Below the pieces are notes generated by a model. The model was not told where the DNA came from and did no database searches. It saw only the letters and a list, made by a program, of their open reading frames with translations. The translations under genes and the position numbers were made by a program. Below are positions 24,758 to 25,519 of a stretch of DNA of 25,519 bases, piece by piece. The stretch's first letter is position 1, and each line of letters begins with the position of its first letter. The DNA is from Planctomycetota bacterium. Its GTDB lineage: Bacteria; Planctomycetota; SZUA-567; H5-PLA8. The DNA lies in contig BTVV01000089.1 of assembly GCA_045863855.1 (NCBI GenBank), positions 1-25,519 of the forward strand, written 5' to 3'.

Positions 24758-25375
24758 TCAGCGTTCCATCCGTTCGCTCTGCCGCTGCAAGTTCAGCAGT
24801 TCGCTGCGCAGCAGCTTCACCGCCCTCGCGCGATGGCTCAGCCGGTTCTTCTCGTCCAGCGTCAGTTCGGCCAGCGCTTTGCCCGCGTCGAGCGCGAAAA
24901 ATATCGGGTCGTAGCCGAAACCGCGGCCGCCCAGAGGCCGCGTCAGGATCCGCCCCGCGCACGAGGCCCGAAAGAGCGCCGGCTCGTCGTTCGGCCGGCA
25001 CAGCGCGATCACGCAGACGAAGCGCGCCGTGCGCTTTTCCTCCGGCACACCCTCAAGCTCGCGCAGCAGCTTCGCGATGTTGTCCTGAAACGTGCACCCG
25101 ACTCCCGCGTAGCGCGCCGCGTAAATCCCCGGCCGCCCGTCCAGCGCGTCCACCTCCAGCCCCGTGTCGTCGGCGATGGACCACTCGCCCGACAACGCCA
25201 GCGCCGCCCGAGCTTTGATGATCGCATTCTCTTCCAGCGTCGAGCCCGTCTCTTCCGGATCGAACGCCCCGTAGGCGCTCGCCGCGCGCAGGTCCACGCC
25301 CAAACCCGCCAGCAGCGGAGCGATCTCTTCCGCTTTGTGCGCGTTGTTCGTGCCGAGAACCAGAATGCGTGCCAT
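24758..25375 (-). CDS. rdgB: Non-canonical purine NTP pyrophosphatase (RdgB/HAM1)
   Basis: TNNAHK, EETGSTLEENAIIKA, ADDTGLEVDALDGRPGIYAARY, GFGYDPIF and KNRLSHR. SD AGGAG. Confidence 0.96.
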   Translation of the reverse strand: MARILVLGTNNAHKAEEIAPLLAGLGVDLRAASAYGAFDPEETGSTLEENAIIKARAALALSGEWSIADDTGLEVDALDGRPGIYAARYAGVGCTFQDNIAKLLRELEGVPEEKRTARFVCVIALCRPNDEPALFRASCAGRILTRPLGGRGFGYDPIFFALDAGKALAELTLDEKNRLSHRARAVKLLRSELLNLQRQSERMER

Positions 25376-25519
25376 GGCTCCTAATCTAACGAATTGTCCC
25401 GCATGAGCAACGCCCCGGGCATCGAATCGCCCGCCCATGCAGCAAAGGGTGGGGTATAAAGCGTCAAGTGTCCTGTCCGGGAATTTCAGGGTAAATCGTT
25501 TGAGAGGATTTGGGACGTG

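Noticed and set aside
24756..25001. N-terminal extension of the BtuF-like ORF
   Set aside because: It overlaps rdgB, is not signal-peptide-like, and the family motif starts at GTG 24755.
25440..25470. TTGACG -35-like hexamer upstream of rdgB
   Set aside because: No convincing -10 box at 16-18 nt spacing.

Overview
High-GC (roughly two-thirds G+C by eye), gene-dense chromosomal window from a diderm bacterium. The oversized signal peptidase I next to lptB and the LysM, Uma2 and PhyH content suggest Planctomycetota/PVC, which is an inference only. Left part: the 3' end of a large secreted multidomain protein, an AraC-PhyH dioxygenase pair, a 38-aa membrane peptide, a four-gene plus-strand cluster (hypothetical, DUF2199, pseudouridine synthase, HIT), a DMT transporter, a Gfo/Idh/MocA oxidoreductase and a LysM protein. 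Right part: an almost continuous minus-strand run: rdgB, BtuF-like protein, ROK kinase, Uma2 pseudogene, DUF2314, esterase, lepA, [hybrid kinase, opposite-strand membrane protein, hypothetical], lepB, lptB, 3-hydroxyacyl-CoA dehydrogenase, GxCxG hydrolase. I saw no rRNA, tRNA, CRISPR array, transposase or phage genes. The most interesting signals are an LptB with a ~165-aa disordered N-terminal arm carrying a duplicated Thr-centred motif, a 632-aa LepB with an HxxC..CxxC insert, their apparent operon with a dehydrogenase and a Cys-nucleophile hydrolase, heptamer-periodic repeat elements (one in frame inside a gene), a zinc-less NanK-like ROK kinase, and a small ORF followed by alternative hairpins ahead of araC. 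No complete novel system can be established from sequence alone.
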